A DNA stretch of 64,000 nucleotides from a virus. Its lineage: Duplodnaviria > Caudoviricetes. The translations under genes and the position numbers were made by a program. The notes beneath the pieces are model-generated. The model worked only from the letters and a program-made list of their open reading frames with translations. It did not search any database and was not told where the DNA came from. This document shows, piece after piece, positions 56,206-64,000 of this stretch. Positions within the stretch are counted from its first letter, which is position 1. Each line of letters starts with the position of its first letter. The stretch lies in the IMG/VR virus record IMGVR_UViG_3300033073_001109, positions 1 to 64,000 of that record; one strand, 5' to 3'.

Positions 56206-56206
56206 C

Positions 56207-56449
56207 ATGGGCTCACTCACTCCCGGCGCAACTTACATTTATGAACGTGTGGCAGGCACAATTTTTGCCCGAGAATTTGGTAAGACTGAACGCAAAGCAG
56301 TGGGGTATACCACTGACATGAGTCCAGAAATGCAACTGTACCGCAGTGAAATGAATCAAGTGCTGTTGATGTGTGAGCAAGATCCGGCCATGCGAGATTT
56401 GCTAGATCAACTGTTTGTGTTGTATAATTTAAAGAAAACACATGAGTGA
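56207..56449 (+). CDS. Hypothetical protein
   Basis: MGSLTPGATYIYER..GTIFARE; packed between neighbours. Confidence 0.6.
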   Translation: MGSLTPGATYIYERVAGTIFAREFGKTERKAVGYTTDMSPEMQLYRSEMNQVLLMCEQDPAMRDLLDQLFVLYNLKKTHE

Positions 56450-56885
56450 CAAACTAAACATTGCTAACGAGATGCGTATGTTTGACCGCAAGGTCAGATC
56501 ATTCTATGACGACCTTACCCCTGAAGAAAAGAAAAAGTTTTCAAACTATCTTATGATTCGCTGGGGATCAGCAGTAGAAGGATCACGCGAACTTCAAGAG
56601 TTTTATGTGATTGCTACAAATGAAAGATTGAACAAACATTTCTTTGATGTTAACAAGCACCCTAAACTACAATGGCTCATGGCAACTAGTGTGAGTCCGG
56701 GAATGGGCACACCGCGACATCCGTGGATTGCTCCTAAGAAAAAAGAAGCCGGTGCCGGACCAAAGCGCAAGGCCTTACAAGCAATCTTTCCGACCTACAA
56801 AGACGACGAAATTGATGTTATGATGGCGCTGTGGTCGCAAAAAGACATTGATGCTTATAACAAACGTTTAGGTCAGGAAAAATGA
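56442..56885 (+). CDS. Probable clamp-loader small subunit (T4 gp62-like)
   Basis: F..Y.MIRW.S...TNE.LN..FF....HP.LQW......H.WI; size and replication context fit. Confidence 0.5.
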   Translation: MSDKLNIANEMRMFDRKVRSFYDDLTPEEKKKFSNYLMIRWGSAVEGSRELQEFYVIATNERLNKHFFDVNKHPKLQWLMATSVSPGMGTPRHPWIAPKKKEAGAGPKRKALQAIFPTYKDDEIDVMMALWSQKDIDAYNKRLGQEK

Positions 56886-57556
56886 CATACGTTTGCGAGT
56901 TCTGTCATAAAGAGTTTATGAAAGAAACGTCTATTGCGGTTCACATGTGTGAGCCCAAGCGTCGACGCATGCAACGGGACGAACCTGGTGTGCGATTTGG
57001 TATGCAAGCGTATTTGAGATTTTATGAAGTACACCAAGGCAGTGCCAAGCTAAAAACATACGATGACTTTTGTGATTCTAGTTACTACAGAGCTTTTGTT
57101 AAATTTGGCAACTACTGCGTAAACACTCACGTAATTGCCCCACATAGATTTTTAGATTGGTTATTAAAACAAAACAAGAAAATTGATCGCTGGTGCAGTG
57201 ACACACTATACACTGAATATCTACAAGAGCATCTGCTGGTAGAATCAGTGCAGGATGCTTTAGAGCGTAGCATTGAACAAAGTATTCGGTGGGAAGAACG
57301 CACAGGAAACCCTGCCCGAGATATGTTGCGTTACGGAAATCAAAATGCTCTATGTTATGATATCACCACAGGTCGCATCAGTCCGTGGGTGATTTACAAC
57401 TCTGAGGCAGGGCAGAAGTTTCTAAACGAAATATCTGCAGAACAAGTGCAAATGATTTGGCCTTACATCAACAGTGATCGTTGGCACAAGAAGTTTACAG
57501 ATTACCCGGCCGATCAAGCCTGGGTCAAAGATATATTAGAGAAAGCGGGATGGTAA
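56882..57556 (+). CDS. Hypothetical protein with N-terminal C2H2-like zinc finger
   Basis: YVCEFCHKEFMKETSIAVHMC. Confidence 0.7.
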   Translation: MTYVCEFCHKEFMKETSIAVHMCEPKRRRMQRDEPGVRFGMQAYLRFYEVHQGSAKLKTYDDFCDSSYYRAFVKFGNYCVNTHVIAPHRFLDWLLKQNKKIDRWCSDTLYTEYLQEHLLVESVQDALERSIEQSIRWEERTGNPARDMLRYGNQNALCYDITTGRISPWVIYNSEAGQKFLNEISAEQVQMIWPYINSDRWHKKFTDYPADQAWVKDILEKAGW

Positions 57557-57557
57557 T

Positions 57558-57917
57558 ATGCTAGGCGGAATTAGTGCAGGAAGATATCTTGAAGTAACTG
57601 GCGGCGGGTCAACCCATGTTCCTAAGTCTTACAACAGCAATCAATACATGGCTGGAGACATGAGATACGATCTTGACAATCAATGTATCAAGGTATTTGA
57701 TGGTACTAACTGGCAAAGCATGATCAATACTCATGCCACGATAAATTTAAACTCTGAAGCACAACTACTGCTGGAGTGGGCTAAACAAAAACGAGAAGAA
57801 GAATTAATGATCAAATCATTGGCCCAAATACATCCCGCAGTGGCAGATGCTCTCGAAGCAGTAAAGAAAGCCCAAGAGCAAGTTCGTATTGTGGCGGCAT
57901 TGGTAGATACAGCATGA
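57558..57917 (+). CDS. Hypothetical protein
   Basis: 119 aa; GDMRY..DNQC.KVFDG.NW motif plus coiled-coil C-terminus. Confidence 0.6.
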   Translation: MLGGISAGRYLEVTGGGSTHVPKSYNSNQYMAGDMRYDLDNQCIKVFDGTNWQSMINTHATINLNSEAQLLLEWAKQKREEELMIKSLAQIHPAVADALEAVKKAQEQVRIVAALVDTA

Positions 57918-58492
57918 GTGCAGACATTGACATTGACATGCCCAACAGGGACGCATTGCTGAAACTGATTCGGCATGTGCCTGCACGATTGGAAGTCAAC
58001 GGAAAAATACGTAAACATAATTCAGGTATCTACGTCACAGAGATACCCACCGATCCTGTGCATGATTGTGCGGCACTGGATTATGAGTCAGCCGAGAAAC
58101 GTGGTTATTTCAAAATCGATTTGCTGAATATGAGTGTTTACAACTTGATTCAAAGCCCCGAACACTATGAACAAATGTTGAACACCACACCTCCATGGTC
58201 GAGACTGTGGACTGACGGACCTTGGGCCTCTCAACTGGTACACGTAGGAAATTACACAGACTTACTCAAAATAATGAAGCCAGATTCGATACCTAGGATG
58301 GCCGCCTTTATTAGTATCATTCGGCCGGGCAAAGCACACTTACAGACACGCCCTTGGACAGAAGTATTTGCATCAGTGTGGGATGGAGACGAAAGCCGGG
58401 GATATACATTTAAGAAAAGCCACGCAGTTTCCTACGCGGCCCTGGTAGCATTGCACATGAATTTACTCAACACGCCTAACCAAAGTAATTGA
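57914..58492 (+). CDS. Miniature DNA polymerase III alpha (DnaE)-like catalytic fragment
   Basis: DIDID, HNSGIY, GYFKIDLL, IIRPG and YTFKKSHAVSY in DnaE order. Confidence 0.8.
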   Translation: MSADIDIDMPNRDALLKLIRHVPARLEVNGKIRKHNSGIYVTEIPTDPVHDCAALDYESAEKRGYFKIDLLNMSVYNLIQSPEHYEQMLNTTPPWSRLWTDGPWASQLVHVGNYTDLLKIMKPDSIPRMAAFISIIRPGKAHLQTRPWTEVFASVWDGDESRGYTFKKSHAVSYAALVALHMNLLNTPNQSN

Positions 58493-58840
58493 TTTGCGCT
58501 TGCTCTTACGGCGTGCAATATCAGTTAAACTACACACAGGCCCGTGTAGAATTTCAAGGTCTTTGTTTGAAAATGTGCGCAAGGTATATCTAAACTTTTC
58601 CCAATCTGTGCGTAAAAAGATATTAATGGGGATTGAACGATTTGATTCCCACCACCACTGACTGGCCAGTTCTAAAAACTCAACTTTTTCTTGTTGTGTA
58701 AGTACTGACCCAAAGTCGTAGATTGTAGTAACCGCATCGTCGCGATTTTGTACTACTCCAATATACTCTGCGTTTGCGTATACGCACAGTGTTATAAAGG
58801 GATATTTTTCAGCCAATTTTTCGAAGATATTGTTACCCAT
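58463..58840 (-). CDS. Hypothetical protein
   Basis: 125 aa; YPF.T...Y...EY.G..QN.D...T.IYD...WWWESNR.IPINIFL. Confidence 0.65.
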   Translation of the reverse strand: MGNNIFEKLAEKYPFITLCVYANAEYIGVVQNRDDAVTTIYDFGSVLTQQEKVEFLELASQWWWESNRSIPINIFLRTDWEKFRYTLRTFSNKDLEILHGPVCSLTDIARRKSKRKSITLVRRVE

Positions 58841-58861
58841 AAATACTTGTCGAGGATTCCT

Positions 58862-59932
58862 ATGTATTCGACCACTGCATACTTATACCAACAGATAACC
58901 AAAGTTTTGTTAGTTGACACCAGCGGTGGCTATTTCACAGCGAGGTATGACCCAGTGTACGCAAAAACCCTAACAGTTAACAAGGGCGTTGATAACGTCC
59001 TGCTATTTGAATTTATCAATCAAGACCAGAAGCCAGTAAACATCACAGGTTCTACATTTGTTTTTAGACTTATGAACCAAACCGGGGATAGATTATTGTT
59101 GGAAAAAGAAATGGAAATTCTTAGTGCGCCCACTGGACGTGTCAAAGTGGTATTAAACTCTGCTGATACCATTGACATAGTTGCACAGCCCGGTAGCTAC
59201 AGCATTCAGAGAGCAGCCGGTAGTTATGTTCAAGCAGTGTTTGTTGATGCTGATGCTGGTGCTAGAGCAGACTGTAACATTGTTGACAGTATCTTCCCAG
59301 ACTTTGTGCCCAGCAAAGAACTAACTATACCCACTGTAACTGGATACCAAACCTGGCAACAACCAGCACCACAATCATGGCCTGACTGGGCACTGCAACC
59401 AGCCCCAATTAATCGCACACAAATGACTGAATACTACAGCAGTGAAATGCCTACCAATGGTCTGGCATTCACTACAATCAAGTACGATCTTGTACACTTT
59501 ACCGGCACAATCAAAGTACAAGGAGCCCAGGATTATTTGGCTGTGTGGAACGACGTAACAGAAAGCCGACAGTACTACGATGAAACCAAAACTGATTACT
59601 GGACTGTAGTTGGATTTCATCCATTGCTTCGACTTGCTCTTAACCAAAGTATTGGCAGTGGTGCTTCGGCCAATGCTGTGGTATCCGATGGTGTGGTCAC
59701 GGGTATTTCAGTGACCACTGGTGGCACAGGCTTTCAGGCACCTCCTTATGTTCAAATTTTAGGAGATGGTGCTGGAGCCACAGCAGTGAGCCAGATTAAC
59801 GCCGGCGGTGTGGTAACAGGAATCACAGTTACCAATGGCGGTTCAGGCTATGTGCCAATTCAATATCAAGGCTCAATTTCGGCCACTGTGGTCATCAGCA
59901 ACGGACTTTGTGTTAACCTAATGTATAGATAA
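58862..59932 (+). CDS. Probable baseplate/virion structural protein
   Basis: ATAAATA late promoter and GAGGA SD; N-terminal BppU-like region; C-terminal VTGI.VT.GG.G[FY] repeats. Confidence 0.6.
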   Translation: MYSTTAYLYQQITKVLLVDTSGGYFTARYDPVYAKTLTVNKGVDNVLLFEFINQDQKPVNITGSTFVFRLMNQTGDRLLLEKEMEILSAPTGRVKVVLNSADTIDIVAQPGSYSIQRAAGSYVQAVFVDADAGARADCNIVDSIFPDFVPSKELTIPTVTGYQTWQQPAPQSWPDWALQPAPINRTQMTEYYSSEMPTNGLAFTTIKYDLVHFTGTIKVQGAQDYLAVWNDVTESRQYYDETKTDYWTVVGFHPLLRLALNQSIGSGASANAVVSDGVVTGISVTTGGTGFQAPPYVQILGDGAGATAVSQINAGGVVTGITVTNGGSGYVPIQYQGSISATVVISNGLCVNLMYR

Positions 59933-59935
59933 TTC

Positions 59936-59964
59936 TTGCAACTGTACAAGAATTACGCTATAAT
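59936..59964 (+). promoter_or_regulatory. Sigma70 promoter for the primase-helicase genes
   Basis: TTGCAA-N17-TATAAT; ATG 6 nt later. Confidence 0.8.
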
Positions 59965-59970
59965 ATACAG

Positions 59971-60942
59971 ATGCTTGACATCTTAAACTACCTGCCTGCA
60001 AAGCGTAAATCTACTCCTTCGGGCTGGATCAGTTTCAATGCACCCTGTTGCAATGATAAACGAGGCCGCGGCGGTATCAAGCTAACCGATCAAAGTTGGA
60101 GTTATCATTGTTTCAATTGTGGGCGCACAGGCAGTTTTGTCATGGGCCGTAGCGTAAGTTTTAAAGCTCGCAGTTTGCTCAAACTTTTAAATGTGCCCGA
60201 CATAGAAATTGAACAACTGAATCTTGAAAGCCTGAGACATCGTAGCATACATGGTATCTTGGATGATCGAGCCAGAGTTGTCAACGAAGTCAGTGATATT
60301 CACTTTGAAGAGTTTGATGACTTTCCTCCTGCCAGTGAAATTATCACTCCCGAGCTGCCACTGTATTGGAACTACATCCGAGATCGACGGGTGCCTGAAA
60401 ACTTCCCAGCCATGACTACCATACGGACAGACGGCATTCATTGGGTAAGGCCGCATGTGGTAATTCCGTTTACCTACGATGACAAACTAGTAGGATGGTG
60501 TGCTAGATTCTTAGATGGTAAAGCACCCAAGTACATCAATCATGCACAACCAGGTTATGTGTTTGGCACAGACCTGCAACATGACAATTGGCAGCATGTG
60601 TTGGTCATGGAAGGCATCTTTGATGCTCTCAGCATCGGTGGCTTGGCAGTGATGCACAACACAGTGAGTGACCGACAGGCCCGACTGATACGCAACCTTG
60701 GTCGTGAAATCACAGTGATTCCTGATCAAGATGAAGCAGGCATGGAACTTGTGGATCGTGCGCTGGAACTGGGATGGGCAGTGAGCATGCCTGACTGGGA
60801 ACCAGGAGTAAAAGATGTCAATGATGCAGTAGTAAAGTATGGCCGCCTAACAACTTTGCTAACTATAATGCAAGCTCGGGAAACCAGTAGAATCAAAATT
60901 GAATTAAGGAAGAAACAACTTGTTAAAAGACTACGGAGTTGA
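59971..60942 (+). CDS. gp61: DNA primase
   Basis: PCC...YHCFNCG zinc-binding region; VMEGIFDA, PDQD.AG and KDVND TOPRIM motifs. Confidence 0.9.
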   Translation: MLDILNYLPAKRKSTPSGWISFNAPCCNDKRGRGGIKLTDQSWSYHCFNCGRTGSFVMGRSVSFKARSLLKLLNVPDIEIEQLNLESLRHRSIHGILDDRARVVNEVSDIHFEEFDDFPPASEIITPELPLYWNYIRDRRVPENFPAMTTIRTDGIHWVRPHVVIPFTYDDKLVGWCARFLDGKAPKYINHAQPGYVFGTDLQHDNWQHVLVMEGIFDALSIGGLAVMHNTVSDRQARLIRNLGREITVIPDQDEAGMELVDRALELGWAVSMPDWEPGVKDVNDAVVKYGRLTTLLTIMQARETSRIKIELRKKQLVKRLRS

Positions 60943-62368
60943 TGTTCAACGACTATTTTTGGAAATGATGTTGGAGGATGCACAGAGCTATGTGCGTGTT
61001 CAGAACATTTATAATCCTGCAAACTTTGACAAGAGTTTGAGACCTGTGGCTGAGTTCATCAAAGAACACAGCGCCAAATTCAATACATTGCCAGACCGCA
61101 CACAGATTGCCGCAGCCACTGGTGTCAAACTTCAAACTGTGCCCGACTTGAATGAAGGGCACTACAATTGGTTCATGGAAGAGTTTGAAGCGTTTACTAA
61201 ACGTCAAGAACTAGAGAGAGCTATTCTCAAGTCAGCAGATTTGCTGGAAAAAGGTGAGTTTGAGCCTGTGGAGAAACTGATCAAGGATGCGGTACAAATA
61301 TCGTTGACCAAAGATCTTGGCACAGACTTTTGGCTAGATCCCGAAGGCATGTTTGCCAAATATTTTGATGCTGGCGGTCAAGTATCAACAGGGTGGCCAC
61401 AGTTGGACAAATTGCTGTATGGCGGTTTTAGTCGCGGAGAACTCAATATCTTTGCTGGCGGGTCAGGCTCAGGAAAATCCTTGGTAATGATGAACATTGC
61501 GTTGAACTGGGTGCAACAAGGACTCAACGGTGTATACATTACACTAGAACTTTCAGAAGAGCTAACGGGTTTGCGTACAGCAGCCATGCTGGCTAATATG
61601 TCAACCAAAGATATTCGCCGTGACAAAGAAACTGCGGCGCTCAAAGTCAAGATGGTGGGCAAAAAAGCCGGTAGTTATCAAGTTAAAGCCTTGCCAGCAC
61701 AGAGCAACATCAACGATATTCGCGCTTTTTTAAAAGAGTATCAGATCAAAACAGGCAAGCGTGTGGACTTTATGATGATTGACTATTTGGATTTGCTGAT
61801 GCCCGTGAGTGCCAAAGTCAGTCCCAATGACTTGTTTGTCAAAGACAAGTATGTTTCAGAAGAACTCCGAAATTTAGCCAAAGAACTTGGCATACTAATG
61901 GTAACTGCATCGCAGTTAAACAGATCCGCTGTGGAAGAAGTTGAATTTGATCACTCACACATCTCAGGTGGTATTTCAAAGATCAACACAGCAGATAATG
62001 TGTTTGGTATTTTTACAAGCCGTGCTATGAAAGAGCGTGGCAAGTATCAAATACAGTGTATGAAGAGTCGCTCATCAACGGGCGTTGGACAAAAAATTGA
62101 TCTGGAGTATAACATTGAAACCATGCGCATTACTGATCCCGGAATTGAAGACACGGACTCATTCCGTGGCGGCCCCAAACCATCAATCATGGATGCAATC
62201 AAAGCCAAGGCAACAGTCAGCACTGCTAACTCCGACGAGGATAATGCACCGCCAAAATTTGAACGTGCAACAGGAACCCCTGCATGGGAGCAGGGGCCTA
62301 AAGTAACAGCAGATGTGCAGAGCAACAAACTCAAACAACTGCTAGGACAGATCAAATCAGGAAGTTAA
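60920..62368 (+). CDS. gp41: Replicative DNA helicase (DnaB/gp41 family)
   Basis: STGW..LD..LYGG, GGSGSGKS, YITLE, IDYLDL, TASQLNR, MKSR. Confidence 0.93.
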   Translation: MLKDYGVDVQRLFLEMMLEDAQSYVRVQNIYNPANFDKSLRPVAEFIKEHSAKFNTLPDRTQIAAATGVKLQTVPDLNEGHYNWFMEEFEAFTKRQELERAILKSADLLEKGEFEPVEKLIKDAVQISLTKDLGTDFWLDPEGMFAKYFDAGGQVSTGWPQLDKLLYGGFSRGELNIFAGGSGSGKSLVMMNIALNWVQQGLNGVYITLELSEELTGLRTAAMLANMSTKDIRRDKETAALKVKMVGKKAGSYQVKALPAQSNINDIRAFLKEYQIKTGKRVDFMMIDYLDLLMPVSAKVSPNDLFVKDKYVSEELRNLAKELGILMVTASQLNRSAVEEVEFDHSHISGGISKINTADNVFGIFTSRAMKERGKYQIQCMKSRSSTGVGQKIDLEYNIETMRITDPGIEDTDSFRGGPKPSIMDAIKAKATVSTANSDEDNAPPKFERATGTPAWEQGPKVTADVQSNKLKQLLGQIKSGS

Positions 62369-63294
62369 GTTGCTGAACTCTTGATCACAACAAAGTTAAG
62401 CACAATAGCTTCGCCGAGGCTGCCCGAGCTCATGTTACCCACACTGATTCTGCAACTTCCTGACCCCACTGCATCAACTTGCACATTGTAGGCTCCAGCA
62501 GTGGCACCCGAAGCAATACACACATACACAACATCAGTTGACGCAATGTAACTGTTGGTCAAAGTGAAACTGACTTCTGCAGCCGCTGACAAACTGGCAT
62601 TGTTCATAGTAATTTGACCGCAACGTTTGTTTAATGTTACGCCAGTGGATTTATTGGTAGACTGTGTCACGGTGCCACCAGTACCAGTGCTGTAGCCAAC
62701 GGCTGCACCTGGACTGCCCAGCAACGGACGATTAAGGTCAAACATTGTGATAGTGGTGCCACCATCAGCAGTAAAGAAACGGAATTGATATGTTCCTGTG
62801 GCAGCAAATGTAATTATGTTAGAACTAATTCCTTGAACACCGGTAGTACCCAATGACACTGCGTAAGGTAAAGTTAAAGTATATGATGTACTAGTGACAT
62901 TGATAGCAAGATCGATGCTGCCGGCAGAACCTGCTGCTGGCCAATTGGTAAAATCTAAAAAAATAGATCCCGTGGTTGAAATATACTGAAATTGCCCGGC
63001 ACTGTAGTCAACTGTAACTGTGCCTGATGTGGCGGTATTTTGAAACCATGTATAACTTACGTCTTGCAGTTTAACAGCATAAATGAGATTGTCATTCATG
63101 TTGTTGTCAAGGGTAGTTCCGGTTAGCGCAGATTTAAATACAGACTTGCTCTGCAACTCAGTTATTTCGTCTGCGGCATATTGGAAGTTTGTTTTGGTGT
63201 TGTTAAAATTGGTGCGCATGCCCTCGGTGCTGTTGGCTTGTCCAGCAATGGGGTAATTGCCATCGATGTTGTTGGGGTTAATTTGACTGGTCAT
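62365..63294 (-). CDS. Probable virion structural/fibre protein
   Basis: MTSQINP.NID..YP.AG..N...G.R.NF...K N-terminus; GGTVTQ.T.KSTGVTLN..CG.ITM C-terminal domain; AATAAATA and AGGA upstream. Confidence 0.6.
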   Translation of the reverse strand: MTSQINPNNIDGNYPIAGQANSTEGMRTNFNNTKTNFQYAADEITELQSKSVFKSALTGTTLDNNMNDNLIYAVKLQDVSYTWFQNTATSGTVTVDYSAGQFQYISTTGSIFLDFTNWPAAGSAGSIDLAINVTSTSYTLTLPYAVSLGTTGVQGISSNIITFAATGTYQFRFFTADGGTTITMFDLNRPLLGSPGAAVGYSTGTGGTVTQSTNKSTGVTLNKRCGQITMNNASLSAAAEVSFTLTNSYIASTDVVYVCIASGATAGAYNVQVDAVGSGSCRISVGNMSSGSLGEAIVLNFVVIKSSAT

Positions 63295-63365
63295 AACTGT
63301 TCCTGTTTCTAATCAATATTTATTGTTTCAGCAAAAGCGGTAAATAATCCAAAGATTCCTGAGTC

Positions 63366-63614
63366 ATGCAAAAACACACAAAAAGCATTTTAGAAGAACT
63401 GGATAACTTGTATATCGAACGCGACAAGCGCCTGGTCATTGAAAATCGGGCCGCTAACATAATCGCCAGTGCTATACGTCTAGTAGAACAAATCGAAGCC
63501 GAGTTCCCTCCAGAACAAGCAGAGAATCTAACCCGTAAATTATTAAATGCAATAAGAACCAAAGATTCGGGTAAATTTTCTAGATCAGTGAGACGCACCA
63601 ATGCAGATACATGA
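63366..63614 (+). CDS. Hypothetical protein
   Basis: 82-aa helical ORF; TAAATA at 63341. Confidence 0.65.
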   Translation: MQKHTKSILEELDNLYIERDKRLVIENRAANIIASAIRLVEQIEAEFPPEQAENLTRKLLNAIRTKDSGKFSRSVRRTNADT

Positions 63615-63999
63615 AATAACAACTAAAAAAATCGCCGAGGGAGTTATGGACGCTCTTAGAGGTATTGGTAGTGTGGCAGCACAGGGCGTGAATCAAGCTC
63701 TTGGCACAAACATAGGCGGTGTCTCTGCTGGGGCCACTCTAGGACCAGGACAGCGCCAACAGGCAGCAATGCAAATCAATCAAGGATTGGCAGCCAAACA
63801 AGCCGAACAGTTATCGAAGCAATATATTCGATCAGTGACTTCTTTTTTACAACAAGCAGGAGTACAATCTCCTAGTCAGTTGGCGGCGACTACACAGGCT
63901 GCAATAAAGAAAGAAATAGATCAAATCATTTATGAACAACTGCTGTCTTACACTGGAGTAAGAGATTTAAATCAATTAGTTCCACTGGTGGATAAAAGC
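63601..63999 (+). CDS. Hypothetical protein, 3'-partial (not in the ORF track); putative internal head protein
   Basis: MQIHEITTKKIAEG... stays open to the end of the window. Confidence 0.6.
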   Translation, partial: MQIHEITTKKIAEGVMDALRGIGSVAAQGVNQALGTNIGGVSAGATLGPGQRQQAAMQINQGLAAKQAEQLSKQYIRSVTSFLQQAGVQSPSQLAATTQAAIKKEIDQIIYEQLLSYTGVRDLNQLVPLVDKS

Positions 64000-64000
64000 A

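Noticed and set aside
15373-58861. ORF-track upstream extensions (15373, 23393, 32730, 40438, 42104, 49067, 50440, 51071, 55346, 58748)
   Set aside because: They run through promoters or upstream genes; the downstream starts fit SD or promoter spacing and motif boundaries better
33905-62368. Inteins or introns in terL, uvsX, uvsW, primase or helicase
   Set aside because: Each is a single ORF of normal length with contiguous motifs
1-64000. tRNA, rRNA, integrase or transposase genes
   Set aside because: No cloverleaf-like or rRNA-like stretch and no recombinase or transposase motifs were seen; intergenic gaps are short and explained by promoters and terminators
1-64000. Stop-codon reassignment, as in some jumbo phages
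   Set aside because: Core genes are intact in code 11 and end in TAA, TGA and at least one TAG (49858) with tight coupling to the next gene

Overview
This window is 64 kb of a large T4-like (myovirus, probably jumbo) bacteriophage genome read in standard code 11. From left to right it holds: (1) two huge Gly/Asn/Thr-rich repeat fibre genes; (2) a reverse-strand neck operon (gp14, gp15, Nudix); (3) gp13, an exonuclease, dNMP kinase, sheath, tube, tube-like protein, gp4 and a probable TerS; (4) a cluster of apparent internal-head proteins sharing a T4-like capsid-targeting N-terminus, including three paralogues flanking an Ntn-hydrolase; (5) a secreted NucA-type nuclease, a radical SAM gene and TerL; (6) gp32, uvsX and uvsY with inserted accessory genes; (7) an ~8 kb glycosyltransferase/methyltransferase/hydroxylase cassette; (8) an early-promoter island; (9) uvsW, a gp62-like gene, a 192-aa mini DnaE-like polymerase, primase and helicase. 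Two promoter classes are clear: sigma70 TTGAC-N17-TATAAT and T4-late-like TAAATA. Many genes appear leaderless. The most interesting hypotheses are a late-expressed virion-glycosylation system acting on sequon-rich fibres, and a family of capsid-packaged effector proteins. All functional calls come from motif recognition only; no database searches were run.
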